Positions 16,246-24,598 of a DNA stretch of 32,000 nucleotides are shown one piece after another (within the stretch, counting starts at the first letter, position 1; the number at the start of each line of letters is the position of its first letter). The notes below the pieces were generated by a model, which was not told the origin of the DNA, searched no databases, and saw only the letters and a list, made by a program, of their open reading frames with translations. Position numbers and translations under genes: made by a program. Origin of the DNA: Candidatus Latescibacterota bacterium (lineage in GTDB: Bacteria; Latescibacterota; UBA2968; UBA8231); assembly GCA_965243025.1 (NCBI GenBank), contig CBDETY010000003.1, positions 2,851,506 through 2,883,505 on the forward strand, given 5' to 3'.

Positions 16246-18279
16246 ATGGCTGATACTACCGAGGGCTTGACGACCCCACCCCTGACTCTGACCCAGGAAC
16301 TCATCCTGATGCTCCTCAACGAGGAGACCGGCTACTTTCACCAGGTACCCGGCTGGCACCTGAACTGCGCCGTGGTCGGTGCCGTGCTCGCGGAGCTTTC
16401 ACTCCAATCTCGCATCGACACGGACATGGAATCCCTCTTCCTCGTGGACGCGTCGGAAACGGGCAACCCGGCCCTGGACCCCATCCTCGAGGAAATCGCG
16501 AACGCACCGAGGCAACACAACGCCCAGTACTGGATCGAACGGCTCGCTCCCCGTGCCGAGTCGATCATCGATTCGGTCCTGGACCGCCTGGTTGACCTGA
16601 AGATCCTGGAATACCACGACGGCGAATTCTGGACACTGGCTCCTGCCGTCCGGCATGGGGAACTGTCCGGCACGTCGGAGGAGGGCACTGAGGGCCAGTT
16701 CATAAGGACCCGTATCAGCAGGGTCATCTTCACCGACGAGATACCCGATCCGAGAGATGTCATCATTATCTGCCTCGTCAATACCTGCGACGTATTCCGT
16801 TTCATATTCCAGCTCGACGACGAGGCGGAGGAGCGCATCGAGTTCATCTGCAGGATGGACCTGATCGGCCGCTCCCTGGCGGCTGCGGTCTCTCAGAACC
16901 TCGCCGGCCCGGCCCTTCAACGCCCTGCCCTTGCCAGGAAGATCCCGACGGTTTCGCTCACCAAGCTGCTGCGGAACCCCCATGTTCGAGACGGCAACCT
17001 GAACGCGCTCTTCGGGAGCCTTGCGGAGGAGTACGGTCCGGTGTTCCAGATCCGCCCTCCCTTCTCGAAGCCCATGATCTTCCTGGCCGGACTCGAGGCA
17101 AACCGCTGGGTGCACAAGCGGGGGCGCATGTACCTGAGAGCCAGGGACTACTTCAGCGACTTCGAGAAGGTCTACGGCGCCTCCGGCGTCCTGCCCGCCC
17201 TGGACGGCGCCGATCACTTCCGGCTTCGCAAGTCCCTGTCGCCGGCCTATTCCGCCGGGAGGCTGGGAGGGCAGCTGGACCAGCTCTACAACCAGGGGCG
17301 CAAGTACATGGCGAGCTTGACGGTAGGGGACTCCTACCGCGCCACGTCCATGTGCCGGGAGATGGTGAACGCGCAGCTCTCGCCGCTGTTCATCGGCGTC
17401 GAAACCCAGGACCTCATGGACGACCTGATGGCCTACAAAATGCGGGCCCTCAGCGTGCACATCGCCAAGCTCCTGCCAAGGTTCACGCTGAACACCCCGG
17501 GCATGAGACGCCGGGCGAAAGCCCTGGACATACTGATGCAGCGGGTCGAGAGCGTCCATACCCCCGCCCAACGGGCGGACAGCCCGCGGGACCTGGTGGA
17601 CGATTACCTCAGCTTGCACGCGAGCGACCCCCAGTTTCTCCCGGAGTCCAACCTGCGGTTCGCCTTTTCCGCGGCCCTGATCGCCAGCGTGTACCTCGGG
17701 GATACGTTCAGCCTCGTAGTCTACGCCATGGCGTCGCAGCCCGACCTCTACGCCCGGATCCAGGCCGAAGCAGATGCCCTGTTCGCCAAGGGCGACCCCG
17801 AAAGAGAGGACTTCACCCCCGCCAACATCGACGTGACGCACCGCTTCCTGATGGAGTGCCTGCGCATGTACCCCATCGTCTCCATGTCCATTCGGAACGT
17901 GATGAATACCTGCGTGGTCGAGAATCACGAGCTGCCCATGGGGGAACGGATCCACATCGCCATGACCGCCACGCATTACATGAGCGACGTCTTTCCCGAC
18001 CCCTGCAAGTTCGACATCGACCGCTACCTGCCGCCGCGCCATGAGCATCGCAACCCCGGGTACGCCCCGTACGGGCTGGGCACGCACAAGTGTCTCGGCA
18101 CCCGCTGGATGGAGCTGCACCTGGCGGCCAACCTGCTGATGCTGGCGCACTACTTCACTATTGAGGTGTCCCCGGAGAAGTACAAGACCAAGCTCCGTTT
18201 CAGTCCCTTTCCGTCGCTGAAACCGAGCAAGAAGCTGAAGTTCCGCATCTCCGGGCAGAGGCGCGAGCTGCCCGCCTGA
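16246..18279 (+). CDS. Fusion protein: N-terminal GPP34/GOLPH3-like domain plus C-terminal cytochrome P450
   Basis: GGGAGG at 16231-16236 lies 9 nt before ATG 16246. The N-terminal ~220 aa (LTLTQELILMLLNEETGYF...AVVGAVLAELSLQSRI...WIERLAPRAESIIDSVLDRLVDLKIL) follow the GPP34 pattern. The P450 part has ExxR (ECLR), a PERF-like FDIDRYL and the heme loop YAPYGLGTHKCLG. Confidence 0.85.
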   Translation: MADTTEGLTTPPLTLTQELILMLLNEETGYFHQVPGWHLNCAVVGAVLAELSLQSRIDTDMESLFLVDASETGNPALDPILEEIANAPRQHNAQYWIERLAPRAESIIDSVLDRLVDLKILEYHDGEFWTLAPAVRHGELSGTSEEGTEGQFIRTRISRVIFTDEIPDPRDVIIICLVNTCDVFRFIFQLDDEAEERIEFICRMDLIGRSLAAAVSQNLAGPALQRPALARKIPTVSLTKLLRNPHVRDGNLNALFGSLAEEYGPVFQIRPPFSKPMIFLAGLEANRWVHKRGRMYLRARDYFSDFEKVYGASGVLPALDGADHFRLRKSLSPAYSAGRLGGQLDQLYNQGRKYMASLTVGDSYRATSMCREMVNAQLSPLFIGVETQDLMDDLMAYKMRALSVHIAKLLPRFTLNTPGMRRRAKALDILMQRVESVHTPAQRADSPRDLVDDYLSLHASDPQFLPESNLRFAFSAALIASVYLGDTFSLVVYAMASQPDLYARIQAEADALFAKGDPEREDFTPANIDVTHRFLMECLRMYPIVSMSIRNVMNTCVVENHELPMGERIHIAMTATHYMSDVFPDPCKFDIDRYLPPRHEHRNPGYAPYGLGTHKCLGTRWMELHLAANLLMLAHYFTIEVSPEKYKTKLRFSPFPSLKPSKKLKFRISGQRRELPA

Positions 18280-18290
18280 GGCGCTGCGAA

Positions 18291-19322
18291 GTGGGGCTGG
18301 GAAAGCTTTCGAGAGAGCTGAGAGACGCGTACCGGGGATCGCCCGTGGCGCGGCGGGTCCGGCACTTCGAGGGCTGGCTCGACCGGGCGGCGGCGGAGCC
18401 AGGTGGCGCGGGGTACGACCACACTGAAACAGCGAAAGACTATTACGACCTCTGCAGCGGGTTCATGGTGTGGGGCTGGGGCGAATCCCTGCACTTCGCC
18501 CCCCTCACGCCTCATGAGAGTCTGGAGGAGTCCAAGGTCCGGCACCAGCGGGCGATGATCTCCGAGTTGGAGCTGCAACAGGGTATGACGGTGGTCGACG
18601 TCGGTTGTGGGGTCGGCGGCCCCATGCGCCGCGTCGTCCGTGAGGCCGGGGTCAGGGTCGTGGGCATCAACATCAATGAGATCCAGTTGGAAATGGCGAA
18701 GAGGTTGAACGCCGAGGCGGGGCTCGATCACATGGTCGATTTCGAGACCTGCAGCTTCATGGACATGAGCGCCATCGAGGACGACACCTTCGACCGGGGG
18801 TATGCCATAGAGTCAACCTGCCATGCGCCGGACAAGCAACGCGCCTTCGAGGAGGTTTTCCGCGTGCTGAAACCCGGTGCCCTGTTCTGGGGGCAGGAAA
18901 TGTGTCTGACGGACAAGTTCGATCCGCAGGACGACCGGCACCGGGCCATCGAGCAGGATCTCATGCGCGGCATTGCGCTGAAGGACATCGCCACCTTCGG
19001 GGAAGTGGATCACGCGCTCCAAGCCGCGGGATTCCAAGTCATGGAAGGGATGGACCGGGACGTCCAGGAGGGACCCTCCACACCTTGGTACAAGCCCATG
19101 GAGAGTCGCCACGGGGCGTTGGGCAACGCCTTGCGCAGGCTTCCGTGGGGCCGCAAGGCCTTCCTCGCAGGATCGAAGCTGGCGGAAGTGCTGCGGCTCT
19201 TTCCGAAAGGCTCCGCCGAAGTGGTCCGATTCCTCGATCGAACCGCGCAGGCTTATGTCGCGGGGGGCAAGGCGGGAATCTTCACGCCGCTGTACTGTTT
19301 TCTGGCTCGCAAGCCTCTTTAA
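18291..19322 (+). CDS. Sterol C-24 methyltransferase (ERG6/SMT1-like, SAM-dependent)
   Basis: GTG start 11 nt after the P450 stop, with GAGG 9 nt upstream. All SMT signature blocks are present: YYDLCSGFMVWGWGESLHFAP, VDVGCGVGGP, YAIESTCHAP, TPWYKPMES and the C-terminal LFPKGSAEV...VAGGKAGIFTPLYCFLARKP. From memory, yeast ERG6 has YYNVVTDFYEYGWGSSFHF, LDVGCGVGGP, YAIEATCHAP, IPWYYPL and GLAPEGSKEV...VAGGKSKLFTPMMLFVARKP. Confidence 0.9.
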   Translation: MGLGKLSRELRDAYRGSPVARRVRHFEGWLDRAAAEPGGAGYDHTETAKDYYDLCSGFMVWGWGESLHFAPLTPHESLEESKVRHQRAMISELELQQGMTVVDVGCGVGGPMRRVVREAGVRVVGININEIQLEMAKRLNAEAGLDHMVDFETCSFMDMSAIEDDTFDRGYAIESTCHAPDKQRAFEEVFRVLKPGALFWGQEMCLTDKFDPQDDRHRAIEQDLMRGIALKDIATFGEVDHALQAAGFQVMEGMDRDVQEGPSTPWYKPMESRHGALGNALRRLPWGRKAFLAGSKLAEVLRLFPKGSAEVVRFLDRTAQAYVAGGKAGIFTPLYCFLARKPL

Positions 19323-19433
19323 GCCTGGATGACAGGCCGGTCCTCGCCTTGGAATGGAGGGGCATCGGCGATCGTTCAGCGGGGCCGCCCACCAGGACGG
19401 AAACGGCCAGGTACGGCAGGTGTCGGGCGAGAG

Positions 19434-20519
19434 TTACCCGACCTCGCCGGACTCTGCCGTTTCACCCCCGGCGCCGTCCGGCTCAAGTTGCGGATAGAAC
19501 TGCCGGCAGTACCGGCGGTACTGCCCTATGGGGCCGTCGGCCGCACACAGCCTGGGGACAGGCCGGTACTGCTTCCGCTCCCAGATCACCACGTCCTGCA
19601 GGACATCCTGTTGCTGTTGTGACAGCAGAATGCGGTTCATCAGCCTGCTGCGAAGCTTCATCGGAAGAAACCCCAGGCCCGAGATGAACCGCCGCGGCCT
19701 GCGGATGTCCCGCATCTGGCTGACCAGTGCGAGATCGATGAGAGTGCCGTCAACGGGCGTTGCCAGCACCCACAATCGAGTATTCATACCGATGGTTTTC
19801 TCGTGGATTTCGACGAAGGAGTACCCCAGTCCATGGACGTGGGTGACGGCCGAGGTTTCGTGCACGAGGTCCTTTACCCCCAGGATCCTGCGGACCCGTT
19901 TGAAATCGAAGCAGCTCTTCAGGTAGGGGCCGTCGACCGTGACCGTACCGACCGGATTCACGTTGTCGTAGCCGTGCACGTAGCGCAGGTGTCCCAGGTC
20001 CACGGAGTTCTCGGCCGTCTCCTGGGGATGGCCGCGGAACCGGAGGGTCCTGAATCCCGGCTTCCCCCACTCCGGGCCGCCGGGGGGGTCGTCCGGAAGG
20101 TGCCAGTGCGGAGGACGGCCGCCGCTGCCGAACCAGGCGAAGACCATGCCGAGGATCTCCCTGGTCTCGTAAACCTTCAGTTTCGCGGCTTTGGGAGCCG
20201 GGGCGTTCGGAGTGGCGACGCACTGGCCGGTCGTGTCGAACTCAAACCCGTGAAACGGACAGACGAGGCGGCCGTCGCACACCTGGCCGCCGACCTCCGG
20301 CCCCAGGTACGAACCCAGGTGGGGACATACCGCGTCGGCCACGCAGACTCGGCCTGCCTCGTCGCACCAGGCGACGATTTCCTCCCCCAGCCAGGTTTTC
20401 TCGATCAGTTTCTCACGCAGAATGGACTCGCGGGTTTCTACGAAATACCACCCCTCGGGGAACGCCGGCAACTCGTCGATTCGATTCAAGGCAGGTCGTT
20501 GGGAGTTGCTGACTGGCAT
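19434..20519 (-). CDS. Rieske [2Fe-2S] non-heme iron oxygenase (Neverland / KshA / SdmA-like, sterol-type)
   Basis: Rieske motif CPHLGSYLG...CPFHGFEF and mononuclear iron motif ENSVDLGHLRYVH. I placed the start at ATG 20519 (MPVSN..., GGA-rich stretch ~9 nt upstream); the longest ORF starts at a TTG at 20567. Confidence 0.8.
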   Translation of the reverse strand: MPVSNSQRPALNRIDELPAFPEGWYFVETRESILREKLIEKTWLGEEIVAWCDEAGRVCVADAVCPHLGSYLGPEVGGQVCDGRLVCPFHGFEFDTTGQCVATPNAPAPKAAKLKVYETREILGMVFAWFGSGGRPPHWHLPDDPPGGPEWGKPGFRTLRFRGHPQETAENSVDLGHLRYVHGYDNVNPVGTVTVDGPYLKSCFDFKRVRRILGVKDLVHETSAVTHVHGLGYSFVEIHEKTIGMNTRLWVLATPVDGTLIDLALVSQMRDIRRPRRFISGLGFLPMKLRSRLMNRILLSQQQQDVLQDVVIWERKQYRPVPRLCAADGPIGQYRRYCRQFYPQLEPDGAGGETAESGEVG

Positions 20520-20613
20520 GTCCGGAGATCCTGTCATCAGCACCGAGATAATATCAGAGTTATGCAAGTTCCCTGGTATGAAATGCCCAGGGGGGAACCC
20601 GAGGGTGATTCAG

Positions 20614-21765
20614 TCACCTGACTGAACCACCGCCGCCGTGAACTTCGACCGTCATGTGATCGAAACGATCCCGGTCCCACTGCGCTCCCCAGCCCGGTTC
20701 CGTCGATGGGGTGATTTGTCCGTCCTCGATGACCGGGGTGTTGAGCATGCCCCAGACCGCCCCCTTGTCGGTGAAGTCGTCGAGCCCCGCCTCGTAGAAG
20801 CTGGTGTTTTCAATGCAGCAGCCCAGGTGGGCATGGACCTGTCCGAACAGTCCCCCTTCGGCGTTCAACTCGACGGTTGTGCCGTGCATCTCGGCGAAGT
20901 GGGCCATCTTCAGCACCTGGGTGGCTCCGAAACGGGCGTTTGCCCGCAGCAGGTCGGTGGCTCCCGATATCAGTCTTTGCGTCGACAGGCCGATATCCCC
21001 CATCAGCGTCTCGTTTCCCATGACCGGCATGTCCAGTTCCCGGCAGAGCACCCGATACTGATTCTCTTTCTGCTCGTGCATCGGCTCTTCCAGCCAGACG
21101 AAGTCGAGCTCTTCCATCACGTGACCGACCTCTATGGCTTCCCGCAGCGTGTAGGAACAGACCGGGTCGTTGAGTAAAAGGTAATCAGGGCCTACTGCGT
21201 CGCGGACCTCCCGGAAAATCGGAATGTCCGCTTTGCCCCCTTTGTAACTGTGGAATTTGTAGGCGTCGATTCCGCGCTTCCTGCCCTCCTCGATCACCTC
21301 CAGGTACACCTCGAGCGGGCTGTCGCTGCTGGTGAGGTACACCGGGAAACGATCGCGCACCCGGCCGATGAGGTCGCAAACAGGCATGCCCGCCGCTTTG
21401 CCGAGGATATCCCACAGGCAGTTGTCGAAGCTGCCCGCCCAGCCGGCGGTCCCCTGATACATCCAGCGGTTGCCCTTCCACAGCAGCTGATAGAGCCGTT
21501 CCCGATTCAGCGGATTTTCCCCCAGAACCTGGGTTCGCAACACCTCGGCCTGGCCGGGTGTCATAGTCGTCGTGGAGATCCCGTCGATGCCTTCGTCGGT
21601 CTGCACTTTCAGGAAGTTCATCCGCAAAGGTTTGTCGCTTGCAAAGCTCTTTCCACCGTGGGTGTACTGGATCCGCGACAGTCCCGGCACTTCCCGGAGT
21701 TTGAAGCAAGGCTGTTTCTGTTCCGGATTTTCGAGAACGATCAGTTTCACTTCCGTTATTCTCAT
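20614..21765 (-). CDS. Enolase-superfamily enzyme (mandelate racemase / muconate lactonizing / acid-sugar dehydratase-like)
   Basis: MRITEVKLIVLE..., DNCLWDILGKAAGMPVCDLIG and metal-ligand contexts LLLNDP and FVWLEEPM. The start at ATG 21765 is preferred, with 21831 as the alternative. The gene ends 46 nt upstream of the Rieske ORF. Confidence 0.8.
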   Translation of the reverse strand: MRITEVKLIVLENPEQKQPCFKLREVPGLSRIQYTHGGKSFASDKPLRMNFLKVQTDEGIDGISTTTMTPGQAEVLRTQVLGENPLNRERLYQLLWKGNRWMYQGTAGWAGSFDNCLWDILGKAAGMPVCDLIGRVRDRFPVYLTSSDSPLEVYLEVIEEGRKRGIDAYKFHSYKGGKADIPIFREVRDAVGPDYLLLNDPVCSYTLREAIEVGHVMEELDFVWLEEPMHEQKENQYRVLCRELDMPVMGNETLMGDIGLSTQRLISGATDLLRANARFGATQVLKMAHFAEMHGTTVELNAEGGLFGQVHAHLGCCIENTSFYEAGLDDFTDKGAVWGMLNTPVIEDGQITPSTEPGWGAQWDRDRFDHMTVEVHGGGGSVR

Positions 21766-21918
21766 GTCTCTGGCGAGCCTGTTGAGAGGATTTGTCTGTT
21801 CGGTCGATCCTGCAGACAGCGAGCGAGGCATCTGTCCAGTCTGCCTCGATGCTCGATGTCAGGGGTGTGACCCGGGCCTTTCTGGTACAAGCCGCCTGGA
21901 AACCACGCTTGTTGCCGG

Positions 21919-24582
21919 CTAGTAAACCACCGCGACGGTGCGGATGACATCGCTCTGGTCGAGGCCGGCGCCCTTGTCGTCGGCCTCGACGTGGAAGCGG
22001 AGAACATACATCCCGGGAGGGACACATCTGCCGGCCTCGTCCTCACCGTCCCATTTCAGCTCGTATTCACCTGCGCCCACCTCCCCGCGTTTTCGCAGGG
22101 TGCGCACGGGCCGACCGCTCAGGTCGTGGACGGACACCTCCACCGCACGGCTTGCCCCCACGAGAACGACCGCGAAACGGAGGACAAGCTCGTCGTTGAC
22201 GCCGTCGCTGTTCGGGGTGAAGACCGGAGGTAGAATATCGAAGGCCGTCATGAGCTGTCGGCGTTGCTGAACCCCTACCACTACCAGGCTGTTGCTGTCG
22301 ACGCCGCGGGCGGCATCGCCCCCGTCCACCTGCTGCCAGACCGTCTCTCCGTCGCCGGCGAAGCGGGCAAACGCCTGCACCTGCCCGCCGACGGAAAACA
22401 GACGGCCCGTGAAGTCGAGGCGAAGCACCTCGATGCCCTCTTCCGGTTCGATGAGGGGAAAGGCGACCAGCAGACTGTCCTCGGAGGTGTCGAGCTGTAT
22501 GGCGCCCTCAATGGCGAAGGGGGAGGACAGACCTCCTTCCGCCAGCAGGTCCTGCTCCGCTCCGGCGAGTATGCGGCTGAAGACATCCAGGCTCATGCCG
22601 TCAGGCGCGGTGAGCAGCAGTCCGTCGAAGCCCGGGTTCCCGCGGCCGAAGTCCGGCCGCACGTACAGGGAAAAGGGCCATTCCACCGCCAGCGACTCGA
22701 CCCTCCCCGGGGTCACCTCCCCCAGAAAACGCTGCGCCAGCGGGTCGGAGTACTTCAGTCGCACGCTGCGCAGGGCGGCGGCGGCCTCGGGGCTGTCCGA
22801 GATCAGGGTGGCGCGCATCTGCACGAAGTTGCGCGGCGACGGCGAGGTGATGCGGCTGCCGGACACCCGGTACGGCTCGCTCCAGGCACTGGCGTCGCTG
22901 CCCATGACCTCCTCGATGACGATGTCCCCTCTGAGAGTATTGGGGGGGAGTTTGACCTTCGGGTTGGGCTCCTTGAGCTTGTCGTACCTCTCCGCGGTCA
23001 CCTCCTCGCCGAGGCCGTTGTAATAATGGCTTACCTCCGACTTCGTGCTGCTGGTGCGGGTCTGCAGGAAGACGCCGGTCCCCGGAGGGGTGTCGGCGTC
23101 CCACTCGATGGAGGTCAGCGTGCGCGTCCCCCCCGGGTCGATGAGGGGTGACTCGAGGCTCACCCGCGGCTGAAACCCATCGCCGTACATCTGCAGCTCG
23201 GTGATCGGAAAATTGACAATGTTCACTCCTCTTTCATACACGATCCTGAAGTATCGAGCCTGCAGGGGCGCCCCGAAGCTGTGGCGCTCGGCTTCCATCT
23301 GGGTTCTGTGCACCTCGTAAAACCGGCCCCCTTCCCCCCGGCGGCCTCGAAGCTTGGCCACCGGGACCTGCTCGATGCGCTTGCCCGTGACCCAGTTGGG
23401 GCTGCCGTCGACCTGCCGGGAACCGTCGGAGAAATCGAGCTGGAAATTCCCGAACGTGTAGTTGTGACCGGCACCCCGCAGGTTCATGAGGATCCTCAGG
23501 CTGCTGATCCAGAAGGACGACCCGAGATCCACGACCATTTCAGGCACGAGCGCCTTCTGGACCTGGAGGGGAAAAGCGGTCAGCACGTTGCCGTCGAACA
23601 TGTCGCCAGGAGCAGCTTCGCTCGGGGGCTGGGTCGCAACGCCGCCCCCCCGTTCGAGGAGTCGGCGCGCCAGGTCTTCCCCCTCCTCCCAGACCTCGAG
23701 CTCTGCCAGACGAGGCCGTTCGCGGCGATAGTGGCGGATCGGTCCCCGCCGCTCCTCGGGCACGAGGAGGTAGTTTTCTTCCGGCACGGCAAGCAGCCGT
23801 CCATCGCTCAGGCGTTTGGTGAATTCCACCGCACCCCTGACTTCCTCAGGAAGCTCCCGGTACGTTTCGGCGTCGACCTCCACACCGCGGCCAAGGCGCG
23901 ATCCGCGCACGATCACCTGGACGTAGCGGGCGACCATGGTGCGGGCATTGTCCGGCACCTCGGAAAAGTCGATCTCGAACAGGCGCCGGGTCGTGTTCGG
24001 CGTGAACAAGCGCAGGACGGGCAGGTATTCGAGGGATTCCCCGGCGAGGGTGGAGACCGGTTTCTGCCCGTCCGAGGTCAGCACGTCGAAAAGCAGAAAG
24101 GGATCGCCCAGATCCTCGTCGACAAAGCGCAGCACGATCCGGTTGAGGACGACGACGCGGCCCAGATCGAGGGTGAACCACCACCGGGACGGGATGTCGG
24201 CTCCCTCGGGAAGGGGGCCAGGCTCCCAGAAAGTTGCCGCATCCCCGTCCAGGACTCCGGGTACCCCTTCACGATTCGAGCCCGCGGCGACGGCGTCGAG
24301 AAGGTCGATCTCCTCCGGCGCCTTGCCGGCCAGGTGTTCCGGGGGCCGCTCGCGGAGGAAATCGACAATGCGGTCCCTGGCGTTGGTATCCATGGTCCAG
24401 CGCCTCGGTTGCACGCCGGAAGGAAGAAGCTCCACCGTGCCCACGGGAAACAGCCAGTGCTCCCAGTGCTCCGGAGTGTCGGCCACGATCTGACGCCCGG
24501 TGCGGTCCAGCCGGTACGCGCCGGCCTGGCCCCAAAGGGAGGTGCTCGTGAACACGAGCACGGCAAGGGCGACGGCGAACAC
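21919..24582 (-). CDS. Large secreted protein (~887 aa) with discoidin-like domain(s) and a C-terminal FTPNxDGVND / FlgD-Ig-like domain
   Basis: Proposed GTG start at 24582, 16 nt after the upstream stop, gives a hydrophobic N-terminus FAVALAVLVFTSTSLWGQA. LDGDAATFWEP resembles a discoidin (F5/8 type C) domain. The C-terminus FTPNSDGVNDELVLRF...VHDLSGRPVRTL...GEYELKWDGEDEAGRCVPPGMYVLRF resembles FlgD-Ig / T9SS-type sorting domains. Confidence 0.7.
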   Translation of the reverse strand: MFAVALAVLVFTSTSLWGQAGAYRLDRTGRQIVADTPEHWEHWLFPVGTVELLPSGVQPRRWTMDTNARDRIVDFLRERPPEHLAGKAPEEIDLLDAVAAGSNREGVPGVLDGDAATFWEPGPLPEGADIPSRWWFTLDLGRVVVLNRIVLRFVDEDLGDPFLLFDVLTSDGQKPVSTLAGESLEYLPVLRLFTPNTTRRLFEIDFSEVPDNARTMVARYVQVIVRGSRLGRGVEVDAETYRELPEEVRGAVEFTKRLSDGRLLAVPEENYLLVPEERRGPIRHYRRERPRLAELEVWEEGEDLARRLLERGGGVATQPPSEAAPGDMFDGNVLTAFPLQVQKALVPEMVVDLGSSFWISSLRILMNLRGAGHNYTFGNFQLDFSDGSRQVDGSPNWVTGKRIEQVPVAKLRGRRGEGGRFYEVHRTQMEAERHSFGAPLQARYFRIVYERGVNIVNFPITELQMYGDGFQPRVSLESPLIDPGGTRTLTSIEWDADTPPGTGVFLQTRTSSTKSEVSHYYNGLGEEVTAERYDKLKEPNPKVKLPPNTLRGDIVIEEVMGSDASAWSEPYRVSGSRITSPSPRNFVQMRATLISDSPEAAAALRSVRLKYSDPLAQRFLGEVTPGRVESLAVEWPFSLYVRPDFGRGNPGFDGLLLTAPDGMSLDVFSRILAGAEQDLLAEGGLSSPFAIEGAIQLDTSEDSLLVAFPLIEPEEGIEVLRLDFTGRLFSVGGQVQAFARFAGDGETVWQQVDGGDAARGVDSNSLVVVGVQQRRQLMTAFDILPPVFTPNSDGVNDELVLRFAVVLVGASRAVEVSVHDLSGRPVRTLRKRGEVGAGEYELKWDGEDEAGRCVPPGMYVLRFHVEADDKGAGLDQSDVIRTVAVVY

Positions 24583-24598
24583 GGGAACCGCACCCCTT

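Noticed and set aside
16399-18150. The 583-aa minus ORF opposite the GPP34::P450 gene
   Set aside because: It is a shadow ORF. The plus frame contains the ExxR motif and the Cys heme loop.
16900-18279. Assigning the P450 as CYP51 (sterol 14-alpha-demethylase)
   Set aside because: I could not find the CYP51 B'-helix and I-helix signature blocks. Only generic P450 motifs are present, so the reaction is left open.
19323-19442. An intrinsic terminator in the convergent gap between the SMT and Rieske genes (hairpin gtcggg-N9-cccgac at 19422-19442)
   Set aside because: The stem is short, overlaps the Rieske stop codon, and is not followed by a T-run on either strand.
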